From positions 23,126,001 through 23,190,000 of the forward strand of contig JBHGNT010000003.1 of the NCBI GenBank assembly GCA_043228905.1: DNA of 64,000 nucleotides, in the 5' to 3' direction. Shown in pieces: positions 25,765 to 38,678 of this stretch. Source of the stretch: Azolla caroliniana. Taxonomy: Eukaryota; Plantae; Polypodiophyta. A program made the translations under genes and the position numbers. The stretch's first letter is position 1. Each line of letters begins with the position of its first letter. The notes beneath the pieces are model-generated. The model had not been told where the DNA came from. It was given only the letters and a program-made list of their open reading frames with translations, and did no database searches.

Positions 25765-27900
25765 AACCATTAACAAACACAAAAGCTTCCCTAACGACAG
25801 CTACCCCACCAAAAAAGGAAAGAGTTATGCTCATTATATGGCATTCAATGCCTTATCCACATTGCTTTTTTTTTGCAAGCTGAGGTTTACTGGGCTTGTG
25901 GTTAACTTTAGCGGTCCTTTCACCAATTCTTCAATGCACAATTTTGGAGTTTAGGGTTTAAACTTTAGAGTGTATTGTGCGGTCGTAAGGCTTCCACTAC
26001 TAACGCCACAACTATATTTTATACACATGGTTTGTTAAGATTACCTGCTAGCGGTGGAGGTGCACTAGAAGAACAGGAAAGGACAGACAAGCTTTGTCCA
26101 TATTTTGGACGTAGGAAGTTATGGATGAATGATATGTTGGGATGTTAGGCTTGGCTAAACATTATGGTCACATGCCTTTTCCACTTTAACGAAAACATAT
26201 CCCCATATAAACTAAGCTCTTTGACTACATGATATTCACACTCGATTTAAATGAACTTTACATTACATAATCTAAATACCTAGATATATTAGTGTTTGAA
26301 TAGAAAATTGCTTGTTCATCCTCAATAAACATCTCCTTCCACATTGTGCATTATCTCCACAAGTTTTGCAACAATCATTGTCTTTCTCTTTTTCATTTCC
26401 TTGGGACTTCTCATTATCTTCAAAGAAATCTTGGCATCCTCTTTTACTGAGGTGAAATGCCCATGTTTGTTATATGTTATATGGGTCAGCTTCAATAGCG
26501 TTATAAGGTATCCTTATCACAAACTAGCCTAATTGTACTTCGTTTTCGCGAACGACGACTCAACACTTGATTTCTCCTCATTGCCCAATAAATTATGCAC
26601 AAAGCATTGTTTTCCCCTCAATCAACATTTTGATAATCTCCTTAATAACACTTTAACTCAAATAAAAGGATCTTAAACTCATAGACAACATGAAGAATCT
26701 ATAATCTTAGTCATGCAAAGGTGTACCATTGATACTAAAACCCTCCCTAACACATGAGCATCCTCGTGACTACATGAAACTATTGACTTTAAGGACCAAT
26801 CTCCACATTGTTTTAACTACAGAAACCACTCACTCTTTTATTATAACTTGAGGAGATTCTTTTGTTTTCCTTCTATGAGCAATCCTTTTTTACATTGAAG
26901 AACTAGCTTTAGCCGTCTCACCTAAATTTGGCTAAATTATATTAAGCTATTGACTTTAGTGACCGTTCCATTGATTGCACGAACTCCACAAGCACTCAAT
27001 GTTCAATTAGCTCTTAAGAAGATTCATTGGGTTTTCTTTGATCAACAATTTCTTTTTGCAAATGTAGAGCCTAAATTTCGTTATAAAAGAGAAATTCTTT
27101 ACCTTTTAGGAACCATTAACAGACAAAAGCTTTCTTAACGACAACTACCAAAAGAAGAAGAAGAAAGAGTTAGTGCTCATGAAATAACATTCAATGCTTG
27201 TCCATATTGACTCTCTTTGAGAGGCTCAAAGTCTATGGGTGGACCAAGTATATCATTGGCCAATACAAGTTGAAAATACAAAGAAGCCCCAGACCTAATC
27301 AAGAGTATTCTAGTATTATTAAATCATGGAATCATGATTATTCGAAACGAATGATACGACAAGATCCACTATGCTAGGTTATCAGACATACGGTTCAAAC
27401 ATTGAAGAACCTTTTTGAGCATTCTCACTAAAAATTGAATATATACATTATGCTATTGACTTGAACAACCAACCAAGTCTCCATTGTATTAACTACACAA
27501 CCACTTGCTCTTCAATTACAACCTTACAAGATTCTTTTGTTTTCTTTATTAACAACATCCTTTTTTGCATTGCAGAACTAGCATTGGGACTCTTACCAAT
27601 CTTCACTAGAATACATTCAGTTATTGACTTTAATGACCAATATATCAATTATTATATTAACTACACAAGTATCACAACCAGTCACTCTTCAACTATCACT
27701 TAACAAGATTCTTTTGTTTTTGTTTTATCAACAATTTCTCTTAGCAAACGCAGAACCTCAATTTCCTTATGAAAGTGAAGGTCTTCACCTTATAGCAATT
27801 GTTAACAGACAAAAAATTTCCTAACAACTACCTACTGAAAGAAGGAGAAAGAGTCAGACACACGAAACGACATTCAATGCCTTGTGGCCATTGACTCTGA
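25765..27900. repeat. Diverged local repeats upstream of the BLE2-like gene: ~100-bp module x3, within a ~430-bp duplication x2
   Basis: Module CCATTAACA.ACAAAAGC...GAAAGAGT...CATTCAATGC at about 25765, 27111 and 27797; about 26780-27215 resembles about 27452-27900. Confidence 0.75.
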
Positions 27901-29324
27901 AACACTCTCCCCCTTGCTCAATGATTATGATGGTGAGATTTTCTGGTTCAAGAATCCGTGATTAAATATGACCATTTCAATACGGAGAATCCTAATCATA
28001 AACAAGGTAAGCAGATTGCATAGCGGATTACATTCTATGGTGGAATTGAATGGCGCAGTGGCCTTTTCTTCTAAGTATAGGGTTGTGCAAGGCCAAGACA
28101 TTTTCATTCTTGGGGCCCAGATGGGAAGGCTCAGCAGGATAATGATTTGAAGAGGGATTGGATGGTGCATTAAAGATCATGAAATCGCATTAAATCTATT
28201 GTGGGCATTGCCTATAACGACAGCTTCCATTGTGTTACTTTTCCTAGTCTCTCCCCTAGCCCAATGATTATCAATGATGTATCGAGGAACTCCCCCTAGC
28301 CAATGAACATCAATAATGTATTGGTAAGAAGTAATGAAATATGATCATGTGAACTGGATGCTTGTAAGCATCCCTAAAACATGCTATACTTGCTCATGGG
28401 ATTAAAATGTGTAGATGTGGAAATTGAGAGAAATAAGAAAATGGCCGATAAGAAATTTAAGTGGGGTCAAAACGTTTGCTAAACATAAGTCCATGAATGT
28501 TTTTGTATGTTTTGTGCTCTCAATTTTAACGGCGACACATTTTAAGCCCATAAGTTGTAGCTTGCTTTAAAAATGTTTGTACAAACATCTAATTGACATG
28601 ATCATATTTCACCACTTCTTAGCCGATGAAATCTCGCCAAAAGAGTATTAACAATCATTTTAATTGTACTGACATATAAAGATCTTATATGCCAACCAAA
28701 CCCCAAAAACATGGCCAACAAATCCCACAAAACTCAAGTTTAAACTATGTGGAGAAGAAGCCAACAGAAGAGAAGATAATCCCACTATCATAGTGAATTG
28801 ACATACCGACAAATGAATGGCCTCCACCAACAACCAACATGAGGTGGGAAAGTTTGATGAAAACAACTTCGACTTATGGAAGGAGCAAAGTTAAGGTATC
28901 CTATAACAACACCAACAAAGCATAGTGAATCGTACCATGACGAAGTTGTTGAATATGTAGGAGCCAACGAGACCAACCACCTACATACATTTGGTGGGAA
29001 ACATGTATTTGAATTGCACCTCGAAATCTACAGTGTACTCTCTATAGGTCAGACTCAAAAATACATATGAACGTAAAACCGGGTTGACAAAGTTGAGTCA
29101 AATTGAACTAGCCCTTGAGCATGAGGATGAAGGAATACGACCAAGTTGTCAGCCACATGAACACTATCAAAATACTCCTTGAAAAGTGTTGAGAATCGAA
29201 CTCAATTTCCCATAGAGAGAGTGTTCACACTAGTCAATGGACATCTTACTACGATATTTTGTAATTAGTAGAAACTTGGGCACTTGCCCTAGATCAGTTG
29301 GTATTTAAACCAACCTCTTGTAAC

Positions 29325-29787
29325 TAACAATCGGCAACGGTTCGGTTTGAACTGAACCGAACCGCGAAACCGCAGCCTAACGGCGTAATAGTTCGATTCG
29401 GTTCAGGTTTAGGTTTTCTAAAACGGTTTGGTTCGGTTTTAACAGCCAGAAACTGCAGTTTAAACGGTTTAATGGTTTTTTATTTTTTATTTTATATTAT
29501 TTTTAAATAAAAAATAAAAAAATTGGTAAAAAAATTTAAAAATTGTTTTTAAACAATCTTTTCCTTTTTCGACCTTATTCTCACATTTTGGGAACATCTT
29601 AAAAAAATTTTGACCTATGCTGAAAACCGAAACCGAACAATGAAACTGTGGTTTTTACGGTTTCAAAATTGTTTAACAATTCGGTTTTACGGTTTCGTGG
29701 TTTGGTTTGGTTTGGTTCAAGTTTCAAACATTTTTAACGGTTCGGTTTGGACCCTCTCAAACCGAACCGAACCGTTGCCAATTGTTA
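29325..29787. mobile_element. hAT-type MITE in the 5' LTR
   Basis: TIRs TAACAATCGGCAACGGTTCGGTT / AACCGAACCGTTGCCAATTGTTA; 8-bp TSD CTTGTAAC; subterminal AACCG repeats; absent from the 3' LTR. Confidence 0.93.
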
Positions 29788-32166
29788 CTTGTAACCTAGC
29801 TACTATTGGACGTAATATACAGTTTCTTGTTTTAAGAGCTCTCTCTCTCTCTCTCTCTCTTGTCTCACGTGCACATACACACAGACACAGTCCTTCCTCT
29901 GCACAGAATCACTCTCGATTCTTTACATGGTATCAGAGTGCATGGTAGCTTGATCCAAGCCCATCGCCTTTATGTGTGTTGTGCTCAAACTCGCAGAGGA
30001 CCGACTGATCGCTTTAGCAACGATTCCTGCACAACTCACATCAAGAGTAGAAGAAGTTCAACATTGAACACCCAAATGGGAATCGCTCTTCCCACCGAGA
30101 AGCTCGATAGAACAAACTTCGCATCTTGGGAGTACAAGATGCATCAGTACCTTGTTAGCCAAAGTTACTAGAGCTACATCGAGGGAGCTCATGAAATGCA
30201 ACCCAACCCAAGACACGCCGACAACCTAGCGTGGGAGCAAGCCGCGAGCCATGTGTTGTACTGCCTTGCGTCATGCGTTCATGACCACATACTCGGCTAT
30301 ACTCGAGATTCGAAAACACCGAAAAAAGCTTGGGGAAACCTCAAGAAGATCTTTGCAGTCCATATGGTTGCACGAAAGCTCCAACTTCGACAGGAGCTAA
30401 ACAACGTGCAACAGAGGGACATGTCGATCACTAGCTATACCTTGAAGATCAAGGAGTTGTGTGATGCCCTTGGTTTGATTAATGTTGTCATCGATGATGA
30501 AGAAACGGTGCAAATATGCCTCAGTGGCTTGTGCATCTCGATTCGGCATGATCAAGTCGACCATTCTTGCGAGGGAGAACCCTCCCTCCTTTTTCGACCT
30601 TCAATCGATTCTGTTGGTTGAAGAAAATCACATTCGGGAAAGGAACAATGCGCATGCTAGTCAAATGCTCTACTCATAGTCGGATTATAGAAGAGGATTC
30701 GGCCGTGGACATAGAGGTCGGTTCAGACGAGGCCGACATGATCGGCCGTTCCAAGAGCATAACTTCCACCAATGGTAAGAGGACAGAAACAATCCTAAAG
30801 AGTTCAGTAGAAGGGGGAGCCACTCCGCCGGACCGAGCAATTGTAACAACCCGATCGAATGCGGGTATTGTGGAAAACTTGAGGCCATTATGAAGAGGAG
30901 TGCAGGAAAAAGATACTAGACTCGGCTTCGACTAGTCGACAACTCACAAACTAAGCTTCGAATTCTGACTACGATGATCGCGGCAAGATGTTCGTAATGA
31001 GGCATGAAGCACAGACGATGTTGGCACAGGCCCCAACCACCACCTCTTCTTCACATAGCATATGGTTTGTCGACTCGAGAGCATCCAATCACATGACCTC
31101 CCATGAAGATTGGTTCCAAGAATTACGAAAGCCCAATCAACCCAACTTAACAATGAAAGGTGCTTCATCGAAAAGGACGATCAAATTATAGTGCACGGTC
31201 GCCGAGAAGGCCGAATGTTAATCCTCGAATCAGAGGACGTGAAACCGGCTATGTTCACAAAAGGCCTCAAAATTGAAACATACTTGAAACTATGGCACTA
31301 GAGAATCGGTCACATCAATCTTCAAAAGCTCCAAAACATGCAGTCAAAAGGAGTCGTAATCGGAGTCCCGACATTTACTGAGAAGGAGATTACAGGCGTA
31401 TGCGGGCATGGCAGTTCGGAAAACAATGCCGGCATCCATTCCTGAAAGAGAGGAATGTGAGCAAAGGAGTCGTAATCGGTCACATCAATCTTCAAAAGCT
31501 CCAAAACATGCAGTCAAAAGGAGTCGTAATCGGACTCCCGACATTTACTAAGGAGATTACAGGCGTATGTGGGCATGGTAGTTCGGAAAACAATGCCGCC
31601 ATCCATTCCCAAAAGAGAGGAATGTGAGCAAAGGGACCCTGGATGTCATACATTCAAATGTGTGGGGACCAGCCCCGATGGCAACATTCGGTGGTTGCCG
31701 ATATTATGTCACGTTCATTGACGACTTCTCTAGACATACCTGGCTAGACTACCCGATGAAACAGTAGAGCGAAGTGTTCAGCCACTTCCAAATATTCAAA
31801 AAAGAAGTCGATAAAGGCACAGGTCGGCACATATGCTGCCTTCAATCAGATGGACGCAAAGAATATTTCTCGGATGAGTTTACGACATATCTCCAAAAAG
31901 AAGGAATACGACGAGAATTCTCGTGTCGACATACACCTCAGCAAAATGGTGTAGCTGAACGGAAGAATTGGCACATAGTAGAGGTTGCACAGACAATGAT
32001 GAATAAGAAGAACCTGCTGAAATCGTATTGGACAGAAGTGGCGAATACGATCGTATATCTCATGCACAGGTGTACAACCTCTGGGGTACACGACGTAATC
32101 CCTCAGGAGAGGTTTTTTAGAAAGAAGTCGGATTTATCACATTTCGAGATTTTTGGCTCAATCTCC

Positions 32167-32945
32167 TGTTGGGAGACAGGTCCCTCCGGATGGGAAGGGA
32201 GAAGAACAGTGCCGACGAACAAACTTGGCCGAGGCCGATAGGCCTCGGCCGAAACGGTATGATGAGTACCCGGCTACGGAGAGCCAGATGATACAGGCCC
32301 GATATGAACCGGATGAGGAGTACCCGGCTACGGAGAGCCGGATGGTGCAGGCCCGGTATGAACCGGATGAGGAGTACCCGGCTACGGAGAGCCGGATGGT
32401 GCAGGCCCGGTATGAACCGGATGAGGAGTACCCGGCTACGGAGAGCCGGATGGTGCAGGCCCGGTATGAACCGGAGGAAGAGACATATTCGTAAATATGT
32501 TTCTGAGAGCCCATCGAGGCTATATTTGTAAATAGCTGAAAAGTCATATTAGTATAAATATGACTTAGGGCAAACCTTTAGTTGTAGTTGTTGTTACTTT
32601 TCTTGTTGGTGCAAGAAGAAGAGAGAGCACGTAATAGTGTATAGAGAGAGAGAGAGAGAAAGAGGTCGTAGCCTCTGTCGTAACCGCCGCCTGTGGCGAA
32701 GAGCGAGAGTCCGAGGTCGTTGCCTTCGAGAACTCACTGTTTTGTACATTCATACATAGTGACAGTTTGCAGCCTGAGGGCTGCCGTGGTTTTTTCCCCT
32801 AGCTTGGGGTTTTCCACGTAAACCTCATGTGTACCTCTTCTCTCCTTTTGTGTCGCGTGTTTTTTCGTTTCCTGTTCTTTCTGTGAAAGTAAAGAATCTC
32901 GGTTGTGGCCGAGCGTCGGACATAAGGAACGTTCGGTTCCCGTCA
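32167..32945 (+). mobile_element. Solo LTR containing a 54-bp x4 tandem repeat
   Basis: TG...CA with TSD TCTCC; excision restores integrase FGSISYVHIPDK; related to the LTR at 62311-62932. Confidence 0.92.
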
Positions 32946-33735
32946 TCTCCTACGTGCATATTCCCGACAAGACGCAACAAAAGCTCGACCCGAAGTAGGA
33001 TAAATGTATGCTTGTCAGGTAGTCGCTTGAATAGAAGGGGTACAAATGCTACAACCCATCTACCCGAAAAGCTCAAGTAAGTCGAGACATTGTTTTCGAC
33101 GAGTCAACATCCTGGTATGATCCAGAGACGACTCTGATTTCTACTCCAATCGACCCGGAATCGGACACACGAGAGATGGAAGACAAATTTCGACTCGGAC
33201 ACATGTTCGAAGAAAGTCTGATTACGACAATGCTTCGTGGACCACGGGAACCCCCGAGTGACCAAAGCAAATCTCGGCCGCGTCCAAAACTCAACAAAGG
33301 GAAGGCCAAGATGTTCGACTACGAATATCCAATCGACAACGAGTCAACTCACTCCCTTGATAGTGAGTTCGAAGGCTTGGACATCGCGATCACCCAGACA
33401 AATGGAGCGAAGAAAGCATTAGTCTTCGCAAACGAGAAGCTACACCGGTCCACTCGTGAAAATAACCCCGTAAGCCTATTCGGCTACGATGAGTACATGG
33501 TGTATCATTATGCCTTTATGATGAAGATACGACTGTCTAAGAATCATAAACACTTTCCGAAGCCATGAAGGAACCGCAATGGGTCGACCCGATGAATGAA
33601 GAAATGTGCAAAAACGAGACGTGGGATCTTGTTCTCCATTCAGCTCATAGGAATTTAAGCAATTGGTTGGATCTGGATCTATAAGGTCAAATACAATTCC
33701 TATGGCTCCGTAAATCACTTCAAAGCACAACTCTT

Positions 33736-34349
33736 TGTTGTGAAGAAAACCGGCCATAGGCGGAATCGGAGAAAAAGGCACATGAACCGGCTCTTACATG
33801 GGTGGACGCGTGAATTGATATTGTGTACATTATTCATAATTAGGTCGGCTGATGTAAATACTTGGTAGTATACATTTATTAGGGGATTGTGTGTATCTTT
33901 GTCGAAAGGGACAGGGAATAAAGCGGTTTTGACTAGGGAGAAAGGGGCACCCCCCTTTTGGGAACTATTTAAGGAGGGAGAGAGAAAGGAGGAAGGGATC
34001 ACGCGTGAGGGAGGACGAAGTGTTGCAGGACCGAGTGCCGAGCTTTCTCTCCTCCACCGGTCGTCATTCTCTGTGGGTGTTGGGAGTTCGAGGCCTCTGC
34101 TTTGTGGGTAGCTCGTGCGCTGCCAGCAAAGGCTCTCCCTTCTACGCTTTTTTTTTTTTGGGGTCCAGTGTGTTCTGTCTGTGTGCGTGAGTAGGATTCC
34201 CATGTCGGGTCCATCGCCGCCTTGCCAGTTGTAATTGTCAGAGTTTGTAATCTCTTGATATTGTAATCGACTGTTACTGTAATTAAGTGTTTCGTTTCTT
34301 TCTCTTTCCTTCTCCCTTCTGCGTATCTGCAAATCTCTTCTCCTCTCCT

Positions 34350-34426
<77 letters not shown>

Positions 34427-34483
34427 GTTCAAGGCCCCCGTGGTCCCGCCTCTTTCTACACGCACGCGCGTAACAACATGACA
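33736..34483 (+). mobile_element. Solo gypsy LTR related to the LTRs at 54352 and 56903
   Basis: TGTTGTGAAGAAAACC...CGCACGCGCGTAACAACATGACA; imperfect TSD CTCTT/CTCGT; excision restores RT KAQLVAK; long (CT)n inside. Confidence 0.88.
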
Positions 34484-34905
34484 TCTCGTCGCAAAAGCAT
34501 ACACACAATCGCACGGAGTCGATTACGAGGAGACCTTTGCCCCAATGGCAAAGATGACAACTGTGCAGACCGTAATTGCACTCCCAACGGCGAAAGTGTG
34601 GCATCCACCAAATGGACGTCAAGAACACCTTTCTTCAAGGCGAATTGGAACAGGAGGTGTATATGGTACAACCACCCGGCTTTGAATCGCGTACTCATCC
34701 GAAAGCCGCGGACCTCGCCGAGATCATCAAGGTCAAATCACTCCTATTCAGGAGATTCAAAATGAAAGATCTGCACGAGCGCCATTACTTCCTTGGCATC
34801 GAAGTAATTCGAACACTAGTCAGGACATTGATCTCTCGACGGCACTACGTTCTCACCTTACTCTACAAGTTCGGATTGACTGAGTGCAAACCCAGGTCTA
34901 CCCCT

Positions 34906-37544
34906 TGTTATCCGTATAGGTGTATGGGATAGATATGGTGTAATTTGTATTGTGTGTAAAGTCTAAGGTGTGTAATATGTAGTATGTATTCGAGTGTATG
35001 AGGACGAGTATGTGTGAGCAAATGCACAATTATGTGCATGTGACAAGAGTGTAACGGTCATTATTTACCATTACATTATGTACTATAAAAACCCCTTATC
35101 GGGCACATAAGGAATATAGTTTTCCCCCCCTCATTTTTGTGACATCCTTGTTTCACTCTCTCCTTCTTTCCCTCTAATGTAATCCCTAGGTCCTTCTTTC
35201 CCTCTAATGTAATCCCCCTGGAGGGGGTGAAGCCTAGGGGGTGAATCCATTCTAGGCTTCACCCCCCACTCCAGCAACACTTTTGGCATGCCCGAAAGGA
35301 CGACCCTCCCTTGAGAAGAAGTCACGTGTCCCTCCCTTGCTCTCCCTCTCCGACACTAATCTCTCTCTCTCTCTCATTGCATATCTGTGTTGTTGTGTGT
35401 TGTCTCTCCCCTAACTCATCGTTTCACTTTTGGGATGGAAACCCTAGACCCTCGGAAGAAGAAGAAGCTGAAGGAAGAAGAAGGTAGAAGAAGTGTTACC
35501 TCTTAGAAGAAGGCGCCCCTCAGGGCTTCTTCTTCCTCTTTCAGGCCATCCCCCTTCAGAGTCTCGTCACCGTTCAGTGCTTCACCATCGCCAGCAAATG
35601 GACACTCTATTGGTACAGCAGCGCGAAACGACCGTTTCCTTCCCCCTCCCCTGCAAAACACATCCAAGCCGCCCTCTTCAAACGACATGGCGCAGCGAAA
35701 GCTAAAGAAACAGCCAAAGAAGCGGCTATGGTATCTGAAGCTCCCTCTGCTGAAGGCCAAGATATGGTCATTGATTAATCTCTTGAGAAAACCTTTGGCT
35801 ATAGTAAGAATATCAGTTTTAACTTGGAGATGAGATCGGTAGAGGTCATTTTGCACAGAGTCTGGTATCTTTAGATCTGTGTTGAAGACTGAGCCGAGTT
35901 TTGATGTAGCACCATGGCCAATTGTATCAGCTAGGGCAAAGGATTTTGTGAAGCGTCTCCTTACAAAAGATCGCCATAAGAGAATGACAGCCGCTCAGGC
36001 ATTGGCGCATCCTTGGATACGTGGACATCAAAATATTCCTCTTGATATATTGATATTCAGATCTGTTAAATCTTACCTTCATGCTTCAACTGTGAGACAG
36101 GCAGCGTTAAAGGCATTCTCTAAAACATTATCTTGAGATGACTTGTTTTACTTACAAGCTCAGTTTACGCTCTTGGATCCGTGTAAACATGGCCGAGTAT
36201 CGCTGAAAAACTTTAAAACTGCTCTCTTGAAAAATGCAACCAGGCAATGAAAGATTGGAAGATGCTTGGGATGATCACATCTATTGACGGGCTCCATCTC
36301 AAGATGGGTTTTAATGAATTTTGTGCAGGTGCTATTAGTGTGCCGCAATTTGAAGGGCTGGAACGATGGGAGCTGCAATTACACAGTACAGTGCCTACGA
36401 AATCTTCGAGATGAAGGGAAATCGAGCTCTGATGGGTTTCTTATTGGCTGCAAAATGGACTTTTAGTTCTCTATGTTACTATTAATCTCTTTAGTCTTTA
36501 CTATGGCTAGAATCGAAAGGCTGGAATTTTAATTGAAGAATTGAAGAGAGAAGAGAGGGGCATTCAGAAACTCGAGGGTCAATAGCAAAATTTCAGATAT
36601 TTGAGGGTAGAGAGGATAATTTTGAAAAGTCCAAAAACGAAGAAAGAGAAAAGAGAATGGGGCAGAGCAGAAAATTACAATAACTCGAGGGCATGCACTT
36701 GAATTTCAAAAGTCCGAGGGTAGAAGACAAAATTTCAAAAGCATAAGGGCATAGTATGGAATTTTAGAAACTTGAGAGCACGCAAACAAATTTCAGAAAT
36801 AGAAGGGCATGACACGAGATTTCTAAAACTTGAGGGTACTTAATATAATTTTAGAAAAAAACTTGAGGGGCAAGACATAAGTTTTCGGAAACACAACTCA
36901 TCACTATACATACTAAGCAAGAAAAACATATCGATATCTATATATACACACCCACATACACCCACAATTATTGATAAACCTAAATAATGGTACCATAGTG
37001 GATAAGACGATTGGTGTGCGATCCAATCGTGCGATTATGCTGATCGAACGAGAAGGTTCGTGTAAAGCTAGCTTCAATCGTCGAGCAGTAACCCGGTTGA
37101 AGAATTTCTAACCGTGAGAGAAGACTGATGGAGTTCCGGTCAACAAGAATTTTTTCGGCATAAGCTTGTAGGTCCGACGTGCAATGCACTATCCCACAGG
37201 CGTGCCAGGTGTTATCCGTATAGTTGTACGTGATGGATAAGATGTAATGTGTATGGTGTGTAATATATAATATGTATACGAGTGTGTGAGGATGTGTGTG
37301 TGAGCACATGCACAATTATGTGTATGTGACAAGAATGTAACGTTCGTCTTTTTGTAACGGTCATTATTTACTGTTACATTATGTACTATAAAAACCCCTT
37401 ATGGGGCACATAAGGAATATAGTTTTTTTCCCCTCATTTTTGTGTGATCCTTGTTTCACTCTCTCCTTCTTTCTTTCTAATGTAATCAATCCCCTTGGGA
37501 GGGGGGTGAAGCCATTCTAGGATTCACCCCCCACCCTAACAACA
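34906..37544 (+). mobile_element. Non-autonomous LTR element (TRIM/LARD-like, 2.6 kb) carrying a kinase retrocopy
   Basis: LTRs 34906-35279 and 37210-37544 (TGTTATCC...CAACA); TSD CCCCT; excision restores copia RT STPVNRNLKL; no recognisable gag or pol inside. Confidence 0.93.
35560..36460 (+). pseudogene. CRK: Processed, internally deleted CDPK-related kinase (CRK) copy
   Basis: KRPFPPPSPAKHIQAAL.KRHG; [19 protein letters not shown] fused directly to [66 protein letters not shown]; stops and frameshifts present; no introns seen. Confidence 0.9.
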
Positions 37545-38616
37545 CCCCTGTCAACCGAAACCTCAAGCTTGATGTCGATTCGGGCAAAGCCGAGTGCGAT
37601 CCAACTCAGTATAGACAACTAATCGGCGGCCTGATTTATCTAACTGTCACACGACCCGACCTCACCTATTCAGTCGGCCTACTTAGCCAATTTATGCAGA
37701 ACCCACGAAATGATCATCTCGATTGCGCTAAGAGGATACTTCGGTATGTTAGAACGACGATGGATTACGACATCATGTATAAGTCGAATACGCGTATTCG
37801 ACTCGAAGGGTAAACAAATGCAAACTGGGCTGATTATAAGGCTGATAGACGATCGACTTCCGGATTTGTCTTCTCCCTCAATAGTGGAGCGATCTTCTAG
37901 AGTAGCAAGAAGTAACCGACAATCGCGCTACCGAGCATGGAGGCCGAATACAGGGGCGCAACAGTCGCCGTGTGGGAAGCTATCTAGCTCAAACGCATCT
38001 TGATGGACCTGGGCGTTACCATCACGGATCCAATTCGCCTCTTATGTGACAACATGAGCAACATCTACCTCGCTCAGAACCTGGTATTTCACGCACGGAC
38101 GAAACACATCAAAGTGCACTACCACTTCATTTGCGAGCGCGTTCAGGCCGACGAAATCGATGTCCAACACATCAGTACAAACCTTCAAATTGTTGACATC
38201 TTTACGATGGCCTTAGGAGTCGACAAGCTCAAGCAACCGAGAAGTAGAAGTAACTGACCAGAGGAGTCGAAGTACGATGAACAACGAGCATGAAGCCAAA
38301 AAGCCGAACAACCAAGTTCGACGATTTTGAAAGCCGAAAGCCGAAAGCCGAAAGCCGAAAGCCGATTCATCCGAATCCAAGTATGCCGAAGACCAAACTA
38401 AAACGACTTTTCGACATATAGAAGTTGTGTTTAAAGGGACGTGTTGAGAATCGAACTCAACTTCCCATGGAGAGAGTGTTCACACTAGTTAGACATCGTA
38501 CTAGGATATTTTTGTAATTAGTAGAAACTTGAGCACTTGCCCTAGATCAGTTCGTATTTAAACCAACCTCTCCTAACCTAGTTACTATTGGACGTAATAT
38601 ACAGTTTCTTGTTTTT

Positions 38617-38678
<62 letters not shown>

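Noticed and set aside
32153-32547. Repeat-protein ORFs (DEEYPATESRMVQARYEP)n
   Set aside because: By-product of a 54-bp minisatellite inside a solo LTR
33715-34628. Long ORFs with (RE)n or (SL)n tracts
   Set aside because: Translations of a (CT)n microsatellite in an LTR
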